A stretch of DNA of 64,000 nt, from positions 145,824,001-145,888,000 of the forward strand of contig OZ024743.1 of assembly GCA_964016885.1 (NCBI GenBank). Reading direction: 5' to 3'. The notes beneath the pieces were generated by a model. The model saw only the letters and a list, made by a program, of their open reading frames with translations. It was not told the origin of the DNA and did no database searches. The DNA comes from Eledone cirrhosa (lineage: Eukaryota). This document shows positions 38,551 through 55,109 of the stretch, in pieces; the first letter of the stretch is position 1; each line of letters starts with the position of its first letter. Position numbers and translations under genes: made by a program.

Positions 38551-40260
38551 ATTCCAATGGCGTACTAAGTTCTAAGAATATAAACATCAACTGTGGCATT
38601 TTCCAAGGTGACTCACTTTCACCCATACTTTTAATATCCCTTACATCCAAACTTAATAGAGCAGGGTATGGTTACAAAATTGACAAGAAAATAAGCCACC
38701 TATTATATATAGATGATTTAAAGCTATATTGCAAAGATAATGACGAGCTGGAAGGCCTTGTGCGGATAGTAAAAATATTTAGTGATGACATCAGGATGTA
38801 GTTTGGACTTGATAAGTGTGCCAAATCCACTTTCAAGAAGGGGAAGGTTGTCAACTCAAACTGAGTTGAATTAGATGCTGAAACGGTCATAAAGGAACTT
38901 GAGCAGGAACAAACCTATAAATACTTAGGGATTAATGAGAGCTCTGGCGTTCAGCATGCAAGTATTAAAGAGCGGATAAGGGAAGAATGTTACAGGAGAG
39001 TATGCACAGTTCTGAGATCAGAATTAAATGCTCATAACAAGGTGTTAGCCATAAATTCCTTGTCAGTTCCAGTTATCACTTATAGCTTCGGTGTGTTGAA
39101 CTGGAATATGAGTGAAATGAAAAGAATCAACACCAAAATCGTAAGTTACTGACTTGTAATAGGATGCACCATCCGAAAGCAGATGTGGATCATCTTTACC
39201 GTCCTAGAACTAAAGGAGGCCGTGGTCTGATACAATTTGAACTTACCAACAAGACCACCACTATTGGACTGGCTAAATACCTTGAAACAACAAATGACTG
39301 TATGCTGAAACTTGTTGAAAAACATGAGAGAAGTAAGAAGCTTCATTCTATCTTGAATGAGAGCAAAAAATATGCCACTGATCTCATGCTTGATACCCAG
39401 GTTGAACAGACTAAGGAAACTGTTCCAACTGATGATCTAAGCACATAAAATTAATGGCAAAAGCAATAAGGCAAGAACAATTAGCATCAAAGTGGGAACA
39501 AGAACCTCTGCATGGAAAAATATGTGACCCATAACAAACAAGCTTATGTTGACCAAAAGCACACCCATCAGTGGCTATGTAGCTCAGGGCTAAAAGCAGA
39601 GAGCGAAGGCTTCATCTTAGCTGCCCACGATCAAAGCTTACTGACACAGAATTACCAGGCCAATGTGATGAGAAATGGAGTAAATCCAAAGTGCCGATTC
39701 TGCAATGTTGAGGTTGAAACAGTGGACCACTTAGTTTCTGGATGTAAATGTTTAGCCCCAGTATAGTACAAATATAGACATGACAGAGTTGGCCAATATC
39801 TATACTGGGTAATATGTCTGCATTATAAAATTAAAGCTGTTGACAAGTGGTACAATCATCATCCTGATGCTGTAACTGAAGGAGAAAAAGTAACAATTCT
39901 TTGGGACTTTCCTGTACATACTGACTGGACCATAAAAGCTAATGGACCAGATATTATTGTAACAGATCAACATAGCAAGATCTGTTTATTGATTGATATG
40001 AGCATCCCATGTGATCACAATGTCGCGGCAAAATAATTTGACAAGCTAAGAAAATATAAAGATCTGCTAATTGAATTCAAAAACATGTGGCACCTCAAGG
40101 CTGTTACAATACCAGTGATTGTGGGAGGACTGGGAATGATCAAGTAAGGAACAGAACAGTATTTGAGAATGATTCCTGGTTTACCCTCTCTCCAAGAGGT
40201 GAAAAAGGTTGTTTTGACTGGTACTGCACACGTATTGAGAACAACACTATCTCTGTAAGA
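38551..40260 (+). mobile_element. R4/Dong-like non-LTR retrotransposon (RT, CCHC finger, restriction-like endonuclease), degenerate
   Basis: GIFQGDSLSP, LLYIDDLKLY, KYLGI, GGRGL, CRFC..ETVDHLVSGC, RHD, ILWDF...PDII...LID. The 5' end abuts an (AAT)-rich repeat. Confidence 0.88.
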
Positions 40261-40274
40261 CTGATATCCCTCCT

Positions 40275-40498
40275 TGTATGTATGTGTGGATGTGTGCATG
40301 GATATATTTTATTTATATGTATTTTTATATGTATGTGTATGTATGTGTATGGGTTTGAGTATGTATTTGTATGTGTATGTATATATATGTATATATATGA
40401 TGATGATGTATGCGTATGTTTGTGTGTGTATGTGTATGTTTGTGTGAGTACATGTGGGTGTATAGATATATATGTACGTGTATGTGTGTACGTATATA

Positions 40499-40535
<37 letters not shown>
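40275..40535. repeat. (TG/TA)n compound microsatellite
   Basis: Seen directly. Confidence 0.9.
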
Positions 40536-40536
<1 letters not shown>

Positions 40537-40886
40537 ATTCATCATTTCATCATCATTTCATTTTACGTCCGCTTTTTCCCTGCTTGAAAGGGTGGGATGG
40601 GAACTGATACTGGCTTGATTTCTACAGCTGGATGCCCTTCCTAACACCAACCTCATTTACAGTGAGTACTGGGTGCTTTTTTTGCCGTGGCACCTCCACA
40701 ACCACTTTGCAATGGAATGATAGGGACCCCAGTCCCTAGCATCTCATTTCTACAGCTGAGTAAACTGGAGCAATGTGAAATAAAGTGTCTTGCTCAAGGA
40801 AACAACACATTACATGGTCTGAGAATTGAACTCACAACCTTTCGATTGCAAGGCCAATGCTCTAACCACTAAGCCATGTACCTCCA
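40535..40886 (-). mobile_element. SINE family 1, full length
   Basis: A box TGGCTTAGTGG, B box GAGTTCAATTC, CORE-like block and RTE-type tail. Confidence 0.88.
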
Positions 40887-40894
40887 TATATATG

Positions 40895-40925
<31 letters not shown>

Positions 40926-40942
40926 GTATATATATAATGTAT

Positions 40943-41692
40943 ATCATCACCGTTTTACGTCCGTTCTTCCACGCTAGCATGGGTTAGACGGGTTGTCCTG
41001 TTGTGGGCAGTGTCTGGTCGGCTGACCATGCCTTGCTCATACAGGAACTGATCTGGCTTGATTTCTACAGCTGGATGCCCTTCCTAACACCAACCTCATT
41101 TACAGTGAGTGCTGGGTGCTTTTTCGTGGCGCCTACACGTCCACTTTACAGTGTGGGCTGGGTGCTTTTTTGCCGTGGCACCTCCACGACCACCTTGCGG
41201 TGGGGGGAGTGGGGGCATATTGTTTATATGCTTCAGCATGTACCCATGGGAGGTCGGGTACCCTGTATTACTGCGTGACGCCAGAAGTCACGGTCGTGTG
41301 TCATTGACTTTGAGAGGTGTAGTTGGGTAAGGTCGGCTTTTATCACCTCATCCCAAGTCATCTTGGGTCTCCCCACTCCGCGGTTTCCATCAACTTCTAG
41401 TGCTCTGCACCTTTTTATGCAGCTGTCATCCTTCATACGCATCACATGTCCATACCAGCGTAACCGCCTCTCCTGCACGCAGCATTTGATTCCTCTTATG
41501 CTCAGTCTCTCTCTCAATTCATTTATGCTTTGTCGTTCACGTATATTACTGTTACACATCCATCGGAGCATGCAGGCTTCGTTTCTCTCTAATCTACGTA
41601 AGTCTTCCACCTTCAGTGCCCAGGTCTCACTACCATGCAACATCGCTGTTCGGATACACGCATCATACAGTCTGCCTTTCAGTCTGCCTTTC
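40943..41692 (-). mobile_element. RTE subfamily B, 5'-truncated
   Basis: ORF 41233-41694; almost identical to 45119-45855. Confidence 0.93.
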
Positions 41693-41708
41693 ATATATAT
41701 ATATAATG

Positions 41709-41739
<31 letters not shown>

Positions 41740-41742
41740 GTA

Positions 41743-43933
41743 TCATCATCATCATCATCAGGTTTAGCGTCCGTGTTCCACGCTTGCATGGGTTTGGACG
41801 GGGGTTTTCCCACTTGAGGCAAGAGTGGTTGTCTTGCTCGCATAGGACTGTCTGGCGGGTTTTCTACAGTTGGATGCCCTTCCTAACACCAACCACATTT
41901 ACAGTGTGGGGCTGGGAGGTTTTTACCGTGTTGCCTACACGGCCACATTTACAGCGTGGACTGTGTGTTTTTTGTCGTGACACCTACACGATCTCATTTG
42001 TTTCGGCCTGGATGTTGTGGGACCAACATAACTTTACATTGAAAGGGGCGGTGTGGGTGGGGTGGAGGTTGTGGGACGGGGGTGTGTTTTGATAGAGGTG
42101 CCTACTGACTGTAGTAGGTTTTTACTTTGTATTTAGGTAAGGCGGGTCTTCTCTATTACTGAGTACCGCCAAAGGTCTCGGTCCAGTGACATTGTCTTGG
42201 AGAGGTGTAAGCGTGTGAGGTCGGAATTTATCAGCTCGTCCCATGTTTTTCTGGGTCTGCCTACTCCGTGGCTACCGTCTATCTTTATTGCCCTGCACTT
42301 TGTTATACAGCTGTCGTCTTTCATGCGCATCACGTGACCGTACCAACGTAGCCTTCTCTCGAGTAAACAACATCTGATCCCTCTTATTTCTAATTTTTTC
42401 CTTAGTTCGTTTATGCTTTGCCGTTCACGTATATTACTATTGCACATCCAGCGGAGCATGCAAGCTTCGTTCCTCTCTAGTCTGCGTATATCCTCTGCAC
42501 ACAATGCCCAGGTCTCACTGCCATGCAGCATTGCTGTTCGTATGCAGGCATCGTATAACCTGCCTTTCATTTTTAGGGAGAACCCTTTAGTGGCTAATAG
42601 TGGTATAAGCTCTCTGAACTTTTTCCATCCAGTTCTGACTCTAGCTACTGTACTTTCAGAGCACCCTCCCCCACTGCTGATTTTGTCACCCAGATAACGG
42701 AAGCTGTCCACTATTTCTATAGAACCCTCTGCGCAGTTGAAGGAGCTAGTATTTTGTGGGCACTTGCTGCTACTTATTGCACCAGAGCACCGGCCACATG
42801 TAAAATCTATGTTCTTAGTTAGCTTACCTGTGATGCCACTACATCTTTTATGCACCCATACTTTGCATTTGGGACATAAAATGGAGTTTCTACCTACGCC
42901 TTTCCTACACACTGAGCATGGCCATTTCCCCGATGGGACCGCCGCCTTATTTTCTTTCCTACAAACTAGAACTTTAGTCTTAGCCAGGTTAATTTTAAGG
43001 CCTTTTGATTCTAGGCCGTGCTTCCACGTTTGGAATTTCTTCTCTAGTTCGGTCATTGATTCAGCTATGAGCGTTAGATCATCTGCGTATAGGAGTTCCC
43101 ATGGGCAGCCGGTCTTGAACTCCTCTGTTATAGCCTGAAGGGCAATAATAAATAGTAGGGGGCTAAGTACAGAGCCCTGATGGACACCAACTTTTACGCT
43201 AAACTCTTCACTATATTCGTTGTTAATTCTAACCTTACTGACTGTTTCTTTATACATGGCTTGTATAGCTCTCACAAGCCATTCGTCAACACCTAGTTTT
43301 CTAAGAGACCACCAGATAATGGAACGGGGGACTCTGTCGAAGGCTTTCTCCAAGTCGACAAAAGCTAAGTATAGGGGTTTACTTTTAGCTAGGTACTTCT
43401 CCTGTAGTTGTCGTACAATGAAAAGAGCGTCTGTGGTACTTTTGCCTGACACAAACCCGAACTGCATTTCATCTAGATCAATTCTCTCTCTGATTAGTTG
43501 CGCTATTACTTTTTCCGTGACCTTCATGACCTGGTCGATTAATTTAATGCCTCTATAGTTACTCCTATCTAGGGCATCTCCTTTTCCCTTATAGCAGTTA
43601 ACGATGATGCTGCTACGCCATTCCTTCGGAACAACCCCATTCTGTACGACTTGGTTAACTATCCGGGTGACCATGGTGTGTCCCACCGAACCAGATGCCT
43701 TCAGCATCTCAGCAACTATTTCCGAAGGCCCAGCCGCCTTACCCGTCTTCATATCTTTGATTGCCTTACTTATTATACTACCTTCAACTAACACTGCTGG
43801 TCCCTCTATTGGATCGATCTGGGGAAGACTGTCTTTCTCCCATTTGTTCTCCTCCGATCTGGGGGAGACTGTCTTTCTCCCATTTGTTCTCCTCCGATCT
43901 GGGGGAGACTGTCTTTCTCCCATTTGTTCTCCT
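41743..43933 (-). mobile_element. RTE subfamily A, 5'-truncated, uninterrupted RT
   Basis: ORF 42133-43998 (RT with YADD), (CAT)n tail, 40-bp triplication at the 5' junction. Confidence 0.96.
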
Positions 43934-44072
43934 GTATATATATGTATATATATGTATATATGTATATATATATATATATGTGTGTATATATATGACAAGT
44001 AAATATGTTTTGAAACAGTGAGCAGGTTTGAAATTAGAAAATAGAATAGCTTTCACCGTATTTTTTTTTTTT

Positions 44073-44211
44073 ACTAAAGAAATTTTAGTCTGACAATGGG
44101 GTCTAGAACCCTCAGATAAATGGAAAAAGATGAGTATTTACGTACAATACTCATCTTTTTCCATGTATCTGAGGGTTCCAAACCCCATTATCAGACTAAA
44201 ATTTCTTTAGT
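44073..44211. repeat. Long palindrome (66-bp arms, 7-nt loop)
   Basis: 44073-44138 pairs with 44146-44211 with 4 mismatches. Confidence 0.9.
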
Positions 44212-44320
44212 CAAAAAATATATATATATATAATGTATATATATATATATATATATAATGTATATATATATATAGTGTATATATATATATAATGTATATA
44301 TATATATATATATATAATGT

Positions 44321-44948
44321 ATCATCATCATCATCATCATCGTTTAATGTCCATCTTCCACGCTTGCATAGGTTTGGACAGGAGTTTTCCCACTTAAGGC
44401 AAGATTGGTTGTTTTGCTCGTATAGGACTGTCTGGCGGGTTTTCTACAGCTGGATGCCCTTCCTAACACCAACCACATTTACAGTGTGGACTAGGAGGTT
44501 TTTACCGTGTTACCTACACGGCCACATTACAGCGTGGACTGTGTATTTTTTTTCCGTGACACCTACACGACCTCATTTATTTCGGACTGGATGTTGTGGT
44601 ACCAACATAACTTTATATCGAAAGGGGTGGTGTGGATGTAGTGGGGGGGGGGGGGGGGGGGGGTATTTTTGTTAGAGGTGCCTACTGACTGTAGGTTTCG
44701 CTTTGTACTTTGGCAAGGCGGGTCTTCTGTATTACTGTCTAGCGCCAAAGATCTCGGTCCAGTGACATTGTCTTGGAGAGGTGTAAGTGTGTGAGGTCGG
44801 AATTTATCAAGTCGTCCCAGGTTTTTCCGTGGCTACCGTCTAGTTTTATCGCCCTGCACTTTTTTATACAGCTGTCATCTGTCATGCGCATCACGTGACC
44901 ATACCAACGTAGTCTTCTCTCGAGTAAACATCATCTGATCCCTCTTAT
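44321..44948 (-). mobile_element. RTE subfamily A 3' fragment
   Basis: (CAT)n tail, 3'UTR and C-terminal coding remnant. Confidence 0.92.
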
Positions 44949-45098
44949 ATATATAATGTATATATATATATATATATATAATGTATATATATATAGTGTA
45001 TATATATATATATAATGTATATTTATATATATAATGTATATATATATATATATATAATGTATATATATAATGTATATATATATATAATGTATATATAT

Positions 45099-46886
45099 AT
45101 CATCATCATCATCATCATCATCACCGTTTTACGTCCGTTCTTCCACGCTAGCATGGGTTAGACAGGTTGTCCTGTTGTGGGCAGTGTCTGGTCGGCTGAC
45201 CATGCCTTGCTCATACAGGAACTGATCTGGCTTGATTTCTACAGCTGGATGCCCTTCCTAACACCAACCTCATTTACAGTGAGTGCTTGGTGCTTTTTCG
45301 TGGCGCCTACACGTCCACTTTACAGTGTGGGCTGGGTGCTTTTTTGCCGTGGCACCTCCGCGACCACCTTGCGGTGGGGGGAGTGGGGGCATATTGTTTA
45401 TATGCTTCAGCATGTACCTATGGGAGGTCGGGTACCCTGTATTACTGCGTGACGCCAGAAGTCATGGTCGTGTGTCATTGTCTTTGAGAGGTGTAGTTGG
45501 GTAAGGTCGGCTTTTATCACCTCATCCCAAGTCATCTTGGGTCTCCCCACTCCGCGGTTTCCATCAACTTCTAGTGCTCTGCACCTTTTTATGCAGCTGT
45601 CATCCTTCATACGCATCACATGTCCATACCAGCGTAACCGCCTCTCCTGCACGCAGCATTTGATTCCTCTTATGCTCAGTCTCTCTCTCAATTCCTTTAT
45701 GCTTTGTCGTTCACGTATATTACTGTTACACATCCATCGGAGCATGCAGGCTTCGTTTCTCTCTAATCTACGTAAGTCTTCCACCTTCAGCGCCCAGGTC
45801 TCACTACCATGCAACATCGCTGTTCGGATACACGCATCATACAGTCTGCCTTTCATTCTGAGGGAGAAGCCTTTTGCAGCTAGCAGTGGTAGTAGTTCCC
45901 TAAACTTCTTCCATCCCGTTCTTACCCTAGTTATTGTACTTTCTGAGCACCCACCTCCGTTGCTAATTCGGTCACCTAGGTAGCAGAAGCTGTCTACTGT
46001 TTCTACAGGGCCCTCCCAGAGATTGGTGGTACTTGTTTCCCGTGGCTGTTTGCTTGCTGTTTCAGCACAGCTGCTGCATGTGAATCCTACATTCTTAATT
46101 AAGCTTCCTGAGATCCCGCTACATCTCTTGTGTACCCATTGTTTGCATTTGGGGCAGAGAATGGAGCTCCTACCTACACCTTTCCTACATACTGAGCAAG
46201 GCCATTTCCCTGAGGGGATCTGGGTTCTGTTTTCTCCTCTACTTACAAGGACCTTAGTCTTTGTCATGTTGACTTTGAGGCCCTTTCTCTCTAGTCCCTG
46301 CTTCCAGGTTTGGAATTTATTCTTTAGTTCTACCATACATTCAGCTATGAGTGCGAGGTCATCAGCATACAGGAGTTCCCATGGGCATCCAGTCTTAAAC
46401 TCCTCCGTTATTGCCTGCAGGACTATGATGAACAGGAGAGGGCTAAGAACAGAGCCCTGGTGGACCCCAACCTGTACGCTAAATTCCTCGCTATACTCAT
46501 TGCTAATCCTAACTTTGCTGACTGCTCCCCTATACATGGCTTGTACCGCTTTCACAAGCCATTCATCTACTCCTAGTTTTCTAAGAGCCCACCAGATTAC
46601 AGCACGTGGAACTCTGTCAAAGGCTTTCTCAAGGTCGACAAATGCCAAGTAGAGTGGCTTACTTTTAGCTAGGTACTTTTCCTGTAATTGCCTCACAAGG
46701 AAGAGGGCATCAGTGGTGCCTCTCCCTGGTACAAACCCAAATTGCATCTCGTCTATATTCACCCGGTCCCTAATCAGCTGTGCTATAACTCTTTCTGTTA
46801 CTTTCATGACCTGGTCCATCAACTTAATACCTCTATAGTTTCCTCTATCTAGTGCATCGCCTTTACCTTTGTAGCAGTTGACAATA
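45099..46886 (-). mobile_element. RTE subfamily B, 5'-truncated, uninterrupted RT
   Basis: ORF 45407-47065 (QGS, YADD); its N-terminal part is only TA-repeat read-through. Confidence 0.95.
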
Positions 46887-47042
46887 TATATAATGTATAT
46901 ATATATATATAATGTATATATATATATAATGTATATATATATATATTGTATATATATATATAATGTATATATATAATGTATATATATATATATATATATA
47001 ATGTATATATATATATATATATATATAATGTATATATATATA

Positions 47043-49724
47043 CCCGACAACCACCTATAGATCACCTATAGATCAGGGGAGCATTCTAGTCAGATAGATT
47101 TTATCCTCATCAGAGGACGTGACAGATGGACTGTTGTAAACACAAAAGCCTTTCCTAGTCAGGAATGTACCTCCCAACATAGCTTAGTTGTCAGCAACCT
47201 CACGGTCAGAACTAGACGAACCTGGAAGCAGAGGACAACCTGGAGAAGAAAGATCTGGAAGCTGAAAGACCCCTCGGCCAGTAACAGATTTAAAGATATT
47301 TTACTCAATGCCTACGAAAGTAAAGAAGAACAGATAGAGACATTCAATGTAGAAGAGCACTGGGAGTTCCTAAAAAATAACTTACTAGAGGTGACGGATG
47401 AGATCTGTGGCTGGAGTAAGACCACAAGCAGGAGGAGAGTGACTTGGTGGTGGAACAATAAGGTAGATGAGTCAGTTAAGGCCAAGAGACAGGCATGGAA
47501 AGAATGGAAGAATGGGGGAAGCAGAGTACATTACATAGAGACAAAGAGGGAAGCTAGGCGACAAGTATACTTAGCTAGGAGGGAAGCAGAGGATAGAAAA
47601 TTCAAGCATGTTTTGCAACGTGAGGACCAGAAACAGGAGGTGTTCAAGTTGCGAAGCAGTGTGTCAGAGAGAATTGTGATGTCATTGGAGAGAAGTGTAT
47701 CCGGAATGATAAAGGTGAGCTTGCCCTCACAAGTGCTGAGAAGAAAGATGCATGGAAGAGCCATTATGATAGATTACTAAATGAGGAGAATGCATGGGAA
47801 GAAGAGACCCTACCCCAAGTAGACCCTATAGAGGGGCCAGCAGTACAAGTCAGCAGCAGCGTAGTAAGTAAGGCAATCAAAGATATGAAGATGGGCAAGG
47901 CAACCAGTCCATCGGGTATAGTTGCCAAGATGCTGAAGGCATCTGGGTCTGTAGGTGACACTATAACCACACGTATTGTTAACCAGGTAATACTAGAAGG
48001 TGTCATACCAAAAGATTGGTGCAGTAGCATCATTGTCAACTGCTACAAAGGTAAAGGTGATGCACTCGATAGAGGAAACTATAGAGGTATAAAGCTGATT
48101 GACCAGGTCATGAAAGTAATGAAAAGAGTTATAGCACAGTTGATTAGGGACTGGGTGAAACTAGATGAGATGCAATTTGGGTTTGTACCAGGAAGAGGCA
48201 CCACTGATGCCCTCTTCCTTGTGAGGCAGTTACAGGAAAAGTACCTAGCTAAGAATAAGCCACTCTACCTGGCATTCGTCGATCTTGAGAAAGCCTTTGA
48301 CAGAGTTCCACGTGCTGTAATCTGGTGGGCTCTTAGAAAACTAGGAGTAGATGAATGGCTTGTGAAAGCTGTACAAGCCATGTATAGGGGAGCAGTCAGT
48401 CAAGTTAGGATTAGCAATGAGTATAGCGAGGAATTTAGCGTACAGGTTGGGGTCCACCAGGGCTCTGTTCTTAGCTCACTCCTGTTCATCATAGTCCTGC
48501 AGGCAATAACGGAGGAGTTTAAGACCGGATGCCCATGGGAACTCCTGTATGCTAATGACCTTGCACTTATAGCTGAATCTATGGTAGAACTAGAGAAGAA
48601 ATTCCAAACTTGGAAGCAGGGACTAGAAAGAAAGGGTCTCAAAGTCAACATGACAAAGACTAAGGTCCTTGTAAGTAGAGGAGAAGACAGAACCCAGATC
48701 CCCTCAGGGAAATGGCCTTGCTCAGTATGTAGGAAAAGTGTAGGTAGGAACTCCATTCTCTGCCCCAAATGCAAACAATGGGTACACAAGAGATGTAGCG
48801 GGATCTCAGGAAGCTTAATTAAGAATGTAGGCTTCACATGCAGCAGCTGTGCTGGGACAGCAAGCAGCAAACAGCCACAGGAAACAAGTAACACCAATCT
48901 CTGGGAGGGCGCTGTAGAAACAGTAGACAGCTTCTGCTACCTAGGTGACCGAATTAGCAGCGGAGGTGGGTGTTCAGAAAGTACAATAACTAGGGTAAGA
49001 ACGGGATGGAAGAAGTTTAGGGAACTACTACCATTGCTAGCTGCAAAAGGCTTCTCCCTCAAATGAAAGGCAGACTGTATGATGCGTATATCCGAACAGC
49101 GATGTTGCATGGTAGTGAGATCAGGGGACTGAAGGTGGAAGACTTACGTAGATTAGAGAGAAACGAAGCCTGCATGCTCCGATGGATGTGTAATAGTAAT
49201 ATACGCGAACGACAAAGCATAAATGAATTGAGAGAGAGACTGAGCATAAGAGGAATCAAATGTTATGTGCAGGAGAGGCGGTTGCGTTGGTATAGACATG
49301 TGATGCGTATGAAGGATGACAGCTGCATAAAAAGGTGCAGAGCACTAGAAGTCGATGGAAACTGCGGAGTGGGGAGACCCAAGATGACCTGAGATGAGGT
49401 GATAAAAGCCGACCTTACCCAATTACACCTCTCAAAGGCGATGACACACGACCATGACCTCTGGCGTCACGCAGTAATACAGGGTACCCGACCTCCCATG
49501 GGTACAAGCTGAAGCATATAGACAATATGCCCCCACACCCCCCACTGCAAGGTGGTCGTGGAGGTGCCACGGCAAAAAAGCACCCAGCCGACACTGTAAA
49601 GTGGACGTGTAGGCGCCACGAAAAAGCACCCAGCACTCACTGTAAATGAGGTTGGTGTTACGAAGGGCATCCAGCTGTAGAAATCAAGCCAAATCAAGCC
49701 AAATGATGATGATGATGATGATGA

Positions 49725-49725
<1 letters not shown>
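47043..49725 (+). mobile_element. RTE subfamily B, 5'-truncated within the endonuclease, frameshifted
   Basis: ORFs 47391-47780, 47885-49066 (YAND instead of YADD) and 49063-49392; (GAT)n tail. Confidence 0.95.
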
Positions 49726-49762
<37 letters not shown>

Positions 49763-50023
49763 TATATATATATATATCACGATAAATTAACAGAGGCATA
49801 GACCCTCGCTATTCCCTGTAAATAATGTGCTCAAAGGAGAAGAGATCCTGAGCTCTTTAAAATACAATATGTTGAAAAGGTAACACACCAGCGAGGGATA
49901 TACAGTGCGTCATCAATAATACAGGGAAAAAACCACCAGTGTATGGAATCTTGGAATCTAGAAATCCCTGGCCTGGCAGTGTTACAGAGGAGCTTTGCCA
50001 GTTTGAGATAAACTCTACAGGCA

Positions 50024-54875
<4,852 letters not shown>

Positions 54876-55109
54876 ACTAATTAAAATAACAGATTAAAGT
54901 TTAAGCAAAGAATCGCTGCTTTCACCCTTAACGGGATCTTCTGAAACTAGCAAAGTCAATCTGTAAACGCAGAACTGGATATTTCAAAAAAACGTTGCAA
55001 CCGGAGGAAGACAGTAAGACGATACTTTGGTTCGTGGAAACGTTCCCTGGCCAAGAACGGGAAAAAACGAATAAGATACGTCATTAATAGGAGCGGTGAA
55101 AAACAATTA

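Noticed and set aside
40810-40886. tRNA gene
   Set aside because: It is the tRNA-derived head of a multi-copy SINE and lacks a complete cloverleaf.
43815-43933. CRISPR-like direct repeats
   Set aside because: There are no spacers, the unit is RTE coding sequence and the context is eukaryotic.
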